A DNA stretch of 56,893 bases, filler included, from Platydemus manokwari (taxonomy: Eukaryota): the NCBI GenBank assembly GCA_037951405.1. It is 4 parts of 4 records of this genome, joined end to end, with 100 filler letters (N's around TTAATTAATTAA, not from the genome) between each part and the next. Parts side by side here need not be neighbours in the genome. Positions count along the whole stretch, not along the records: positions 13,199 to 33,128 come from JBBMOY011689177.1; 3 more parts are not named here. One strand, 5' to 3'. Below are positions 13,199 to 26,146 of the stretch, in pieces. The notes beneath the pieces are model-generated. The model was given only the letters and a program-made list of their open reading frames with translations, had not been told where the DNA came from and did not search any database. Numbering within the stretch: position 1 is the stretch's first letter; each line of letters begins with the position of its first letter. The translations under genes and the position numbers were made by a program.

Positions 13199-16100
13199 TT
13201 TGTTTAAGAATAGTATAATTCTTTATATATAAATAATATCATTAATATCGTGTTAAATTTTTTATGAATGGCTTTATGTAATAAAATCATTTCCGAAGAT
13301 TGAGCACAAAACATCGTTATTTATATGATTTTAAAAATGACATTAAAATTAACATTAATAATTATTTTAGAATTGGTGAATTTCATTATAATAATAACTA
13401 ATATTAGATATTCAAATAATCTTCAGCTAATGCAGTTCATGTAATAGTAAAATTCATCATGATCGATAAAGAATTTATGTAATTTAAAAATTATATTGAT
13501 GACAGTATATGACAAATTATTTCTGTTATTTGATCTTATATTTGGCTTTTTAGAATATACCGATTAGATTATCAGAGATATTGTGCGATGTATCGCATTA
13601 TAAATTATTGAATTATTGTAAATTAATAACATATTTCTTCACTGAAGCATGAATCTGATGAAGTTAAGTGGTTTTATGTATTGAAAATTTGTCAATCTTG
13701 TTGAAGAACTGAATTGCGTGAGACCTGGCCAAACACTTTTGAGTCTCCACCATCGAATCCGGGATAGCTGTATGAAGAGTGGATACATGATTATTATACC
13801 AATGTTGTTATGGTCATGCAACCTCAATGTTAGTTGGCTTTTTACAAGTTGGCGAAAGTAAAAGAAATATCTTGAAATGCATTCTGTGTAGCTCGCAGGT
13901 TGAATGTAAAATTTGAATAATATTGCCGATTTCTCTGAATGTTTTCTCTAATCTGTTCTACTTTAAAAAATATGTTGCAAATTATTTGTGCTACAGAATT
14001 TTGTGCGATTTTTCTGCCTATTCTATAATTTAAATAATGAAACGTTTAATTTTATCAAGCGAAAGAGCAAAGACAATTTCTATCATTAATTGAAGCAAAT
14101 AACATTATTGGATGTTGATGACGTTATCAAAAATCGTGCAGTATTGTAGTTCACCCGGAATTTCTAACACGATAACCTTGTGAATTAATTAAGAAAATGA
14201 AAGGATTAAAATCACTCGCAGTAAGTGTGCAATATCCAAGGCCTTGAACTTTTCTCAATGATCGATTTTTTGGTTCAGACTCAACAATATATAAATGCAC
14301 TTTTACTCGATTATGATCAATAATATAAGTGACGATATATCGACTCGATGGCCTAGCGGGCTTATTTTCGTTAGAAATGTTTTTTGCATGATGCATAAGT
14401 CATTAAATCTACGATTTTCTATTAAAACATGGAGTATCGGTCCGTGTCACCATAGGAACAATTAAGACCGCTAACTCAATTTTCATCATTTTATCCAGAA
14501 TTGATTAGGGATTTGTAAATAATTCTGTAAATAATGGGAAATTTTCCCTTGTATTTGAGTTCATAGTTACGCTTCACACCTGTAAAAAATTATTTATGAT
14601 ATGAATACGTAGTCGGTAATATAGAAATTTTGTTACAATTTTAATGTTACTTAAAAAAAAATCTATTCTTATTTTATTTTACTCGTTCGAATTGTTTGTG
14701 ACATTGAACTCGCGATTTTGCGGGTTTTAAACCTAGGGCCACATGAATCATACTTTATACAATAAACCACTGGATTTTACGCATCTGATTTTGCTTTTTT
14801 ACTGAAAATTATCAAGTACGTCATAGTTTTCAAAGATCATTTAAAGGTAATTTCTTTCAGAAGTAAAGTTAAAATGAGCTTGGGAATAATGCAATAATTG
14901 AAACTGTTGCAAAAGGTTGGAATAATATTCTTCAATTCACTTGTAGGTGTTAACCAAGTTAATTCAATACTAGCTTTTGAAGAGCAGCGTGGAGGATGAG
15001 GTTGTCGCCAAGACCACAAAGTCAACTCCAGGACAATTTGAAACATGAAGTCATATATCGAGTCTGCTTGATATAGAATGAGCACAAGTAATGACATTTT
15101 TATAGAATTCGTCAATATCTTAACAACGAGAAAGTTTGATCGAGAATATAAGATAATTACTGAGGTATGTCTAGCACTAATGGGAAACACAACAAAAGAC
15201 CTCGAAGCCCAGACAAATTAAGAACAGGTATTTCGATCCAATTTAAATGTTGTACAAAACATAAATTTACTGATTATTTGATTTCTGTGTCTGTTTTGCT
15301 CATGTAGAACTATCGATTATCGTACAGTGTTATTTATATTAATTCTATCATAAAAGAGGAGGATATAACATTTTTATAATGAAATAGTCTCGTAATATCG
15401 AATACCGACATCAAAATGGTATAAAATCAGAATGATAAAAAATATTTGTTCATAAAAAACACAAATATTAAAAAAAATAAATGTTAAATAAGCGATAGAG
15501 AAAAGATACCAAGTATTACAAGAATAAAAATGAATAATTTCATTCAATACGACTAACCGAAATAATTATAAACAAGACAGATTTTTGAAATGTATAATAA
15601 GTATGAAAATCTTGCCACTTTCACAATTTCAGGGCAATCAATTAATTGACGAATTTTAGAATCGACAATGGAATCAGTGACAGGTAAACAAGCTACTAAA
15701 GAATCACTAGAACATTACCAAGGAATTGTTTCAGAGATATTAGGAAACATTTTGAGAGGAAATAGATGAATAAAATGAAATTTATCTGAGAATCTTGTGA
15801 GAATTTGAGAACTATTTGAAAAATATTTGATGGTATTGTTTATTAGTTGATTGTCGCTCAAAGAATCATGCTTTGAGCATTTGTGTTTTTATATATGAGA
15901 TCTTGCGTTTACTTCAAGATTGTGTCTTCATTTTTATATTAAAGCCATTCTGTTAGTAAATATTATTTTAAAATTTTGCCGTAATCAGGAAGTGGATAAT
16001 TTATTATTATGGATTTACAAGGACATTAGAGACTGATAAGAAGGAAATTTTAACATTTGATAAACTGCCAAGGTGAACAAAAGCTTGGATATAATCTCTA

Positions 16101-16545
16101 AATTATAATCTATTAACACACTTTTAATCCAGCACTAGATAAAAATGGTTATGGTTTTATTCATTTTTTCTGATCATTTTGGATGGATTATGGTGGGGTT
16201 ACTTGATAGAAGCCTATCAAATTTTTAAAAAAGCGAAATTTAAACTTTTATTAGCGGTGTTAAGTAGGCATCGATATTAACGACATTTTATTTGAGGTGA
16301 TATTAATCTTGTGATATGCACTAAGGTATTTAAATATTATTATTTAATAGCTAACGTTGCTATAATTCTGGTTACGATCACTAGTACATGTATCGTTATG
16401 TAAATATATACACGGTGTGAAAATTGGGTTTATATTAAGAAGTCAGCACATGAACGAGTGACATAAATTCAATACAAATATGGTAATTTAATATAAACAT
16501 AAAACGCACATTAAAAAGGATTTTCAAAATTAATACCTGTACTTA

Positions 16546-18120
16546 ATGATCCAATCTTTTTTTAATTCTAAATTCTATCCATATGGGTGCCTGGTTGCTC
16601 TGGTGCTTTTAGGGATTTCGATGGTGAATTGATTTTTTGGAAATTATTTGTATTTCAACTTTACAGGGAATATGGCAAGAAAGCATTTATTCAACCTTGC
16701 CAAATTTGAAAGAGAAATTAAATGTAAGTTACGAAACCATGGGGAAATTAATAGCTGTTCGGAACTCAGGTAGTGTGGTGGCATTATTGATTATAGGATT
16801 TCTGTATGATACATTTCCAATATATGTTCCTTACATGATGTTTGGTGAATGTTTTTTGGCTGGAATCTGCACGATAATTATTCCTTGGTGTACTAAATTT
16901 TGGATTGTGGCACTTTTTTTCTTTATCCAATCAGGATCGCAAAATGCACTGAATAATGGTGAGGATTAATATCATTGTATTAATATTGATCATTTTTTCA
17001 CTTTGCCTTAGAGTTATGGATAAATACTCAAAATTTTTATAAGAATATTTTTAGACAATATTGTTTTCTGTTATCAAATATTTATCTTTATTAAATTACT
17101 TTTCATTTAGGGGGTCAATTGACCATTATGAACTTATTTAAAGAAAAATCAGTGGGTAAGATGCAATTATATCATCTCGGATACGGAATAGGAGGACTTC
17201 TTTCTGGATTCATTTGTCAGCCATTCCTTCCGAATAAACCATCTTCTTCAGGCAAAATCACGAAATATTGCAAAACGATTCTCGAAAGTCAAAGTAATAA
17301 AGCTGCAGAACTCAATTACATCGGTAATGTCACAACATTAGAAATAGTCGATAAAAGCATGTTCGAATATATTTATCTCATATCTGGACTCATTAGTATT
17401 ACCAACTCAATAATATTTGTAATTTTCGTGAGTTTCAGAAATCCCATGTCTTCGCAGAACAAAATTAAACAAAAGAAAGAATCATGGTTGACGAAAATTC
17501 AACCTAATTATATAGCAAATGGTAAAACCCTTATTGGTGTTTCTATGACAATTTTATTATTTATATATTATTTTTTCTACATTTTTGGATTGATGCAATT
17601 TTTTTCCTACCTTATCGTTTACGCTATCGATCCGTGCAAAGAATACTGGATGGATCAAAAAACTGCCGTGTATCTTTTTTCGGTTACAAATGGGTGTTTC
17701 CTTTTAGGAAGAATTTTTGGCAGCTTAATTATTGATTTACATCCTACTCTTATTATTTTGCTATTTAATTCGTTGAATATTATATTTGTTCTTGTGCTGT
17801 TATTTTTCAGTAACAAATACTCGCTAGCATTATGGATTGGTGCATGTGGAATGAGATTTTGTAACTCTATCGTATATCCATCTGGAACGAGTTATACTAA
17901 TCGTTATATAATTGTCACAAGTAGTTTGATATCTATCGCCTTCATTGGTGCAAATGTAGGAGAAGTTCTCGGACCGTTAATTGGGGGTTTAGTAGTGGAT
18001 AATTATCCATCATATTACCTATTTTATCATACTATAACCTTTTTTACCTTGTTCTTGATCGTTATAATAATTATAGTTATTTTGGGGATGAAGATAGGAT
18101 TAAGAAAATTTGGAAATTAG
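16546..18120 (+). CDS. Major facilitator superfamily transporter, MFSD4/NaGLT1-like, 459 aa, 3 exons
   Basis: Exons 16546-16623 (MIQSFFNSKFYPYGCLVALVLLGISM), 16667-16958 and 17111-18120. GT-AG introns of 43 and 152 nt with matching phases; 1380 nt total. Motifs STLPNLKEKL, GFLYD, MQLYHLGYGIGGLLS, FLLGRIFG, SIVYPSG, LGPLIGG and about 12 hydrophobic segments. TATAAA at 16492; AATAAA at ~18183. Confidence 0.88.
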
Positions 18121-20649
18121 ATGACACTGTCAACTGATTCAAAAATTGAACTTCGGAAATTATAATTGATTGTAATAGCATAAATAAACATTGATTCTGA
18201 TTTTCTTATTGTGTTAAAAGTAAATCGAATTGAAAAGTAAACATCGATAAACATTTCAAAGCCACTTTGCTTATGATGTCTAATTTCATATTGAAATTCT
18301 TAAAACTATCTTGATTATAAAGCCCACCTCAAGGTATATTTTATATGGATTGACTGCTGAGAAAGTTCAATAAACTGAAACTATTGAAAAAAATAATACA
18401 AGAATAATGAATTACTCACTGTGAGTTGACGAATGAAGTTTAATAAAAATGTGTTATGATTTGGTATTGAAATCTGCGATAAATTAAAGTGGCCCACCTA
18501 TTAATTTCTTACAACATTAAAATTAAAAGCGCCACGGGAAACTTTTTTTCTAGCCTTATAAGAAAATCTATTTGTTTCACATGAGTGTTTATCCTTTAAG
18601 TAGTTGATATACCTTGGCCTTAAGGTTTTTATATTTTCACTCTATGGTGGAATATTTGAATTGGTGATAATTCTCTCATCTTTACCAGATTGTTTGAGTT
18701 CTTTTTGAAGGCCACATGAGTATTATTTCTGATTTTGTTCTTTTTTTGGGATCTCAGTCGTCAATAATGTTGAGATTATGAAAGTGGCAAGAGTAGTGTT
18801 ACCTATGTAAATGTCAAAGTTGGCCTCATTTTATTATTAATAATTTCATGCTTGATTGATACAACTTTATCAAATCTTAGTTGGGGTTTCTAAAAATAAG
18901 ATTTTATAAACATTTTTGAATGATTTTTAGTGATTCAATGTATAAAAGTATTTATCACTGTATATCAGCAGTGAATAATTTATATTAAGTGTCTGTAAAA
19001 AACTGTAAGATGATTGTTTGGAATATTAATTTTTTATTCGCATTTTCTTCAACGGGCAACTATTCCGAAATCCGATGTTGAAAATAATAATTTCCAAATA
19101 GTTTAGATAGAAATTAGTGAATAAGAATAATGATAGTTTTAGTTGATAATAATTATGATTTTAATGATAAATTTAAATATTTAAGTAAATGGTAATATAT
19201 TATGTCATTGAATTAAAATTAAAATTAACTTGGATAAAATAAGTTTAATAACAATTAAACTTATGATTCGATTGGCTACTAAAAATATAACAATGAAATA
19301 AAATTAAAGCCATTATCCCGAAAATAATAGGAAGAATTAGACTAGCATGACAACCCGATAGGGATACTTTCTTTTTAAAATGAAAAAATCAACAACAATA
19401 AACATTGTAACCCATTATTTTCCTTCGCTCGGTAACCCACTATATAAAGCACTTAACAAACAATGCCTTTACCCTTTAATTAGAAACCACTAAACCCTTA
19501 AGTTATTCCAGAAGACAGAATATTCGGTTTCGCCGAGCCAAGTCAATGTTTCAATCAAGTCAAGCAGTTTTAAATTCCATGTAATTGCTCAAGGAGAGAA
19601 TAGAAATATTTCGAGTAAAGATCAAAGCAATATAGTTCTTGTAAAATTTTATATAAGCCATATTCTTTTTAATTAAAGTTGAAATTCCTTGAAATAGACA
19701 CCTCCTCAATATCGATGAAAAGGCTTGTTTGGTGTACGCTATTTTACCCTGAATTGCAGATTTATTTCCAACGGTTTTAGTACATAGTGCAATATCAAAA
19801 CTCTAATTATATAAAAGTATTGAGTTTTGCATATTTGATATTTATAATACACATATTTAAGTACTCAGAAAGAATTTTAGTTGTTTTAATCAAATATTAT
19901 GTATAGGAGTTTTAAAATATACTCAAAATTAATTATTTGAAAACCGGTCAAAGTAGGTAAAAATGAAATTAATTGAAAATTAGCTAGGATCTCTTCTTTA
20001 ACATTAGACGCAAATGGAACGATATCTGATTTTTAGAGTTGTTTATAAAAAAGTGTTGAAATTGCTAGGAGGATTGCTAGGAGCTAGATACTTGTGTTTT
20101 ATCTCAAAATAAGTATATTAATATCTATTTAATATATTGAACGGAAAGATCCAAAACCTGTCGATACTATAATGGAATAAAGATTAAATAGAAATTTTAA
20201 ATTTAAAATGATACTTTTATTTAATTGTAGGTTTGTGAAACAATGATTTCCTATTAAATCTAAAAATTTCATTAAAATATGATTACAAAATATGATTACT
20301 CACGAAAAATCATTTCATTAAAATTGGGTCGAAGGATTCTTTTCCTTAACCTAAGTCAAAATACTATCAACCCTTATTAATTCAAACTTCAATAATCTGA
20401 AAGCTTTATAGTCCAAAAAAATATTTATTTCGTCAATTTTCGAACATTTTCAGACAAATTTGATCCATAAATCCGAAACTTTATGATGCGCAATCGGAAA
20501 GTTCTTTTTTGAATTAAATTTATAATAATTCTGAAGTTTCGGATGTTGTTTAAATAATAAGTTTGTTTACAATTTTAATTTATTTATTTTAATATATTTT
20601 CAATTTTTACAATTATTATATAAAACTAACTAGTGTACTAAATATGTGT

Positions 20650-20895
20650 AATTAACTAACTCGATTTATAATTATAAAAATTTAAATTTAAAAACTCAAA
20701 TAATCATAAAGAAATGTTGTGATTAGAACTTGGGAACTTGGTTTTAAAACTAAAATATAAGATATTAACTGATTTGTACGAATAAAGCAAACATAGCAGT
20801 TATATATATAAAATTAAGTTATAAAATCATGTCATGCGCGAAAATCCATTATAACAAAAGTAGGTCAAAGGACCCATTTTATTAACTTAAGCCAA
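20650..20895. repeat. Dispersed repeat family A, copy 2
   Basis: Colinear high similarity to 3171-3439. Confidence 0.8.
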
Positions 20896-20919
20896 ATATC
20901 CATATACCTAGAAAAAGAA

Positions 20920-22150
20920 CAGAAATTTACTACTCATCCATCTCGAATGAATTCGATAAATGGTTACGTGATGAAATATCATTATCATTACAAAACCATG
21001 GGCATTTGGACCAAAACTAAAGGTTGATGACCTGCAATTCAACAGAGGATGGCTCTATAGATTCAAAAATCGATTTAATCTGAAATTGAATGTTCTCCAT
21101 GGATAAACAAATTCAATGAATGATGTTGATGTTTCAGGCTATAGAAAAAAAATGTTTGAAAACTTGGTAGGAAATGACCCAGAAGTTATACACAATATAT
21201 ATGAAACTAGACATTTTTTCAAGCATTTTCTACAAGAACAATTTTATAAAATGAAATGAAAGGCTCAAAACAATTTAAAATTAGAATAACCATAGCTTTA
21301 TGTTCAAATATTAGTGGATCAATTAAAATGACCCCCTTTGTTATTAGATTTAGCAAGAAACCAAGATGTTTTAAAGTATTTAATGTTTCAAGATACTGTA
21401 TTACCACGCAAATTCGAATGCATGGATGACCACTGATTTGTTTAATTGTTTTCTGCTGCATCTTGATGATGAACTGCGAAAATGCAAAAAAAAATATCTT
21501 CTTGATACTGCTCTAAGTCATATCTTGAAGAAACGTTTTCAGGACACTGAAGTTATAATGATTACAAAGAACTCAACTACTCATCTTCAATCCATGGTTG
21601 CAGGTGTAATACAAAATTTATTATTATTACAGAAAAGGTTAGTAGTTCATTACATGAACTCGCTTGATCAAACAAAAGCCTTTGTTGTTAATCTTAAGAA
21701 AGCTATATTGATACTTCACGAAGATTATTAAGATATAAAAGAAAAACCCATCAAAAATTATTTCAAAAAGGTTGCGATTATTAAAGGTCTTCACGGTTCT
21801 TGAGACACACAAGAATGAACCTGACCATATAATGATTGAAGAGGATATTTACCAAACAGAAGAGGTCATTCATGATGATGAAATCATTGAACTGTGTCAA
21901 GAAGAATACACTATTGAAGATGTTGTACTTAGTGTTGAAGATGATCAGGTCAATGACAGTTACAACATAAGTCCAAGCAATTTATTCCAGGCAATTGAAA
22001 TTGTCATCAAAGCAAGTTCTTCGTCAAACAGCTCTACTTAAAATATAACCAATAATACAATAAAAAATTTAAAAGACCTCAAAGTTTATTTACAGAAATT
22101 TATTCAAAAGAAAACTCTATAAAAAACTTAAGACGATTTTTTAAATAAAT
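20920..22150 (+). mobile_element. Decayed Tigger/pogo (TIGD-like, DDE_1) transposase pseudogene
   Basis: Frameshifted or stop-interrupted motifs in the expected order: IHNIYETRHFFQ (N-x-DETGLF), GSKQFKIRITIALCSNISGSIKMTPFVIRFSKKPRCFK, NSNAWMTTDLF...LLDTALSH, KNSTTHLQSMVAGVIQN (NTTS-LQP-D-GVI), acidic TEEVIHDDEIIEL tail and KTLDDFLNK end. TIRs not found. Confidence 0.85.
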
Positions 22151-23829
22151 AATTGTCTTTTTCATAATAATATCATCATTGATATGGCGATCAGTTAGAT
22201 TTTAAATTCCTTCAGGAAGTTATTCTAAAATTCAAATCCATTATTCATTTGATACATTTTGATGTTGACCATGATTTGACACATGTCGCATTACATACAA
22301 CTTTAGACTCTGACATTATTGTCAGAGACTTTAAAAAAAGTCTTAATGGAATCTTGGACTTGAAAATATCTTATGACTTGGTAGAAAATTTTTAGAGGAA
22401 TTGTTCCAATAACTGAGATAATCATACACACTTGCCGATACGACTTTTACCTTAACTTCATAAATCTTGGTATTCTTGGTTCCTGGAAGCCTCAAAAGGT
22501 TTTCAATATTTTAGGCTTCGATAAAAAGATTATATATATACTTCCTGTGAATAAAAAAGTGATCCGGTCCGCCCCTAATACCTATTTGAGTAACATTTGC
22601 AGTGATAACACAATAAAATAAGTAACAACTGCATCTTTATCTCTCTCTTCTAAACTATCATCAACAAAACTAATTGACCCAAAATAATTATATCGTCTTG
22701 GAAAAAGCCTACTTGATTTACTTCTTTAATATATAAATAAGTAGAAGGGACTACTTTCTCCAGATAAATTTTATCAGTTATTGGGCATTCACATTTGTTA
22801 ATATAAAATCAGAAATATTTATTTTATTTTCAATTAAATGAGTAAAGCCTTACTATTATCAAATCCTAATAGTGATCCTAAAGTAATGAATTTTATATTT
22901 TTCCTTCCGTATTTAGTTTTCATTTTAAGATTCATAATAGAGTTTCCAGAATCTTGTCTAATAGTTATATCTTTATCAAAATAATCTCATTCATTGGATA
23001 TTTGTGTTATTCTTTCTTTTGATAATCTTTTTTTAAATCCGTGACAAATGATTTGATATTCTTCTTGATAAACAGTTTTTGAAAATATTATTAAATTGTC
23101 ATTGGCTAAAGATGTTGATATTAATAAGTAGTACGCCAAAATGAAGACAAAACCAGATTACAACTCGAATCTGCCAGTTGGTGAATCGTGGTATCATCAA
23201 TTAAAAGTCCTGACTGGTTCTGGTGACTAAAAATGAATGTCAAACCAGTTTATCGATTTGCAATTTTCATCAGCTTAGTAAAAAACAATTCTTTTATAAT
23301 AAAAATACTCATTTAAAATCATTTTAATTTTTAATGAATCTATTTTGAAACGATGATACATTCAAAATATCATACTCATTTTCATTTTTTATAAATTGTT
23401 TACAATCTAATTACTTAAGGTAAAATGAATGAAGGAATAGAAAAGATAAATCGAACTTAATGATACATAGTTTTAATGAGAAATTTAAACAGTTATGTCG
23501 ATGTTAATTACTAAAATAATGTTATTCTAATGACTTGTTATGGGGTTGCTTGCTAATTTTTATTATCAGTCTCTATATACTATGTTTTATTGTGGATCAA
23601 TGCCGTTCTGACAAGTCTCTGTGAGCTCCGATCAACCCCTTAAGGTACACTCTATAAACCCTATTTTATAATCTTCTATCTTCATCTCGCTATCAATACT
23701 ATATGGAGATAGTAAGCAGCAATGATCCAAATGCTATATTTTATAACTATCAGTCTCAAATTTTAATGTCCTATACCTATATCCTATCTAATCAACAACT
23801 CAACAAACAATTGATACAGTAGTGTTTAT

Positions 23830-24260
23830 TAATTACGAAATATACACCAAACATAAAATTATAGTCAAATTGTTTGGTTAAAACTACACTATACGACGAA
23901 ATAATGAACCTAGACGATAACACCTACAACTTCTGGAAAAGAACGGTTTCTAACTTTAACTCAAGAAGTAGAACCTTTACCCATAAGAGTTTATGGTGAG
24001 ATAAAGCTCTATAATTTGATGATACGACGGTACAATATATAATATCGATTATCAGTTTACAGTATCAATCGAACTCACTTAATATCCTGACAAGAACACA
24101 ATCAATATAATTACTTTGAACAAAAATCAAAAGGCATATATCGGTAGGCTTCTATGGCAAATATGTATCCTTATCTTCAAGTATTCTTCTTAATGTTAAA
24201 TTGACTTCACGTAATTCAACATAATGGTTTCTGTAAAATGACCGAGTTGTGATTATTTCA
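23830..24260. repeat. Diverged dispersed repeat family C, copy 1 (other copy ~31780-32200)
   Basis: Shared colinear blocks: taaaactacact, acaact.ctgga.aa.ga.acggtt..taac.t..actc, aacc..ttacc, aagag.tt, tacaatatataatat. Boundaries approximate. Confidence 0.5.
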
Positions 24261-26146
24261 ACTCCTATATATATGTTTTGTCGGCGCTATTTAATCTCCC
24301 CGAATAAAATAATTGGGTACAATTTTTAGAAAAATGCTTCCTCTTTAATTCATGAAGTTTCTTTAATTTTTTCCGAAGTTATCTTTGTTGCCATTATATT
24401 AATCAGTTTATATATAAAATACATTTTATTTTAAATAAATACCGTAATAAAATATTACATAATAATACATATATATTTTCCAGAAATGTAGGATTTTAAC
24501 ATGACATTAAAATTATTGTTACAACATAAAAATATATAGCTACAATGCCATAAACTAAACAAAATAGTTGCTTCGTGCAATAACAACTAAATGTTTCAAT
24601 TTTCAGCTCTTCATAAAAATTAAATTTCGTCACAATCGTAACAATTTTCACCAGCTGAAACTTAATTAAATAAATTTTAATTACAACACAATAATAAAAT
24701 TATAAATTACTACACATAGAATACTTTAATACACAGAATAAACAAAATATTGTCATAATTACACAGGATATTTGTCACATTTGTCAGCACATCTACAAGA
24801 ACCCCAACAATAAAACCATTTCTAGATATTTACATACAACGAAAACAATTGCGAGTCAATGTTATTCAAATCTAGGCATCTCATTTAATAAATATTATCT
24901 TATTAATTTTAATTAACTCAAGTACTTACCTCTAATATTGATGATTTTATTTAATTTTTGGATCAATATTTCCTAACTTACATATAGATTTGCTTAAATT
25001 CAAAATTTATGATAAACGTTAATGATATTTTCAAGGCATTAAATGAAAACTCAAATCTAAATTTCAAAGATGGTTAGATAGGATTATTGAATTAATATCA
25101 CTGAACAATGAAATAATTTAAAGGTTTAAAGAGAAGGATATATGGTTTCTTCCATACAACGAAATTTCGAAATTTAAACAAATACCGACATATTGAATAA
25201 TGATTACGATATGAAATCTACAACTGAAGATATTCTTGATGTAGTGATTAAAATAAGATGATGAGTCATTCAATAACTTTTCAATCGACTACTGGAATAC
25301 TGCTGGTAAAAATATATATTTATTATTTCAAAGTTTAAAACTGAGATTTATGTTTTATTGAAGACCACATTTAAAATTTATCTAAAATTTAATGTAATGA
25401 TCAAAGTTTGAATCTGTCGAACTGTTATTTATCTGAACAGAGTTTTATTCTTAACCTGAGTTGATATGATAGTTATTTAGACTATATTATGATTGTTGAA
25501 AAGGTAAATAAGATAATTGCTGTGTAAATTTTTTATTTTTTTTAAAGATAAGATATATCAAAACCATAAAAGAACAATACAACAATAAGTTCAATGTCCG
25601 ATGCTTCATTTAAGTGACTTATTGGAAGTTCAAGCAGATGGAAAAGATAAGTAAATTTATGATTAAAATATGATGGCTTGAATTTGAAAAATAATTTTCA
25701 AATTTGTCGTCATGAGAATTGAATTAATTTATGAAAAAATACTTATACAAAAAACGTAAATTACCTTTACTATTCTGCAATCAGGTAATTTTATTTTAAG
25801 AATAATTTAAGAAAAATTTTATAATTGGTAAAACCGAAGAACAAATCACCACATTGATTCCATTGCGTATATATTTTCTCTATTAATATATATACGTGTG
25901 TGTGTGTGCAAACCATTATATTAATAATTATGTATGTGTAGAAATGTGTTGCTATTTCATTACGATTTCGAAGATATATATTGAGGAGCATACGAATCAG
26001 TTTATTTATAGCATCAAAAAGAAACCTTATTCATTTCTTTGTAAACCTACTAATAATCTAATGACTAGAAATGTTATTTATCAAAAACAGTAATGTCATA
26101 TCAATAAATATCAAATAGAGACAAAACTCAATTTATTGAATTTTCA

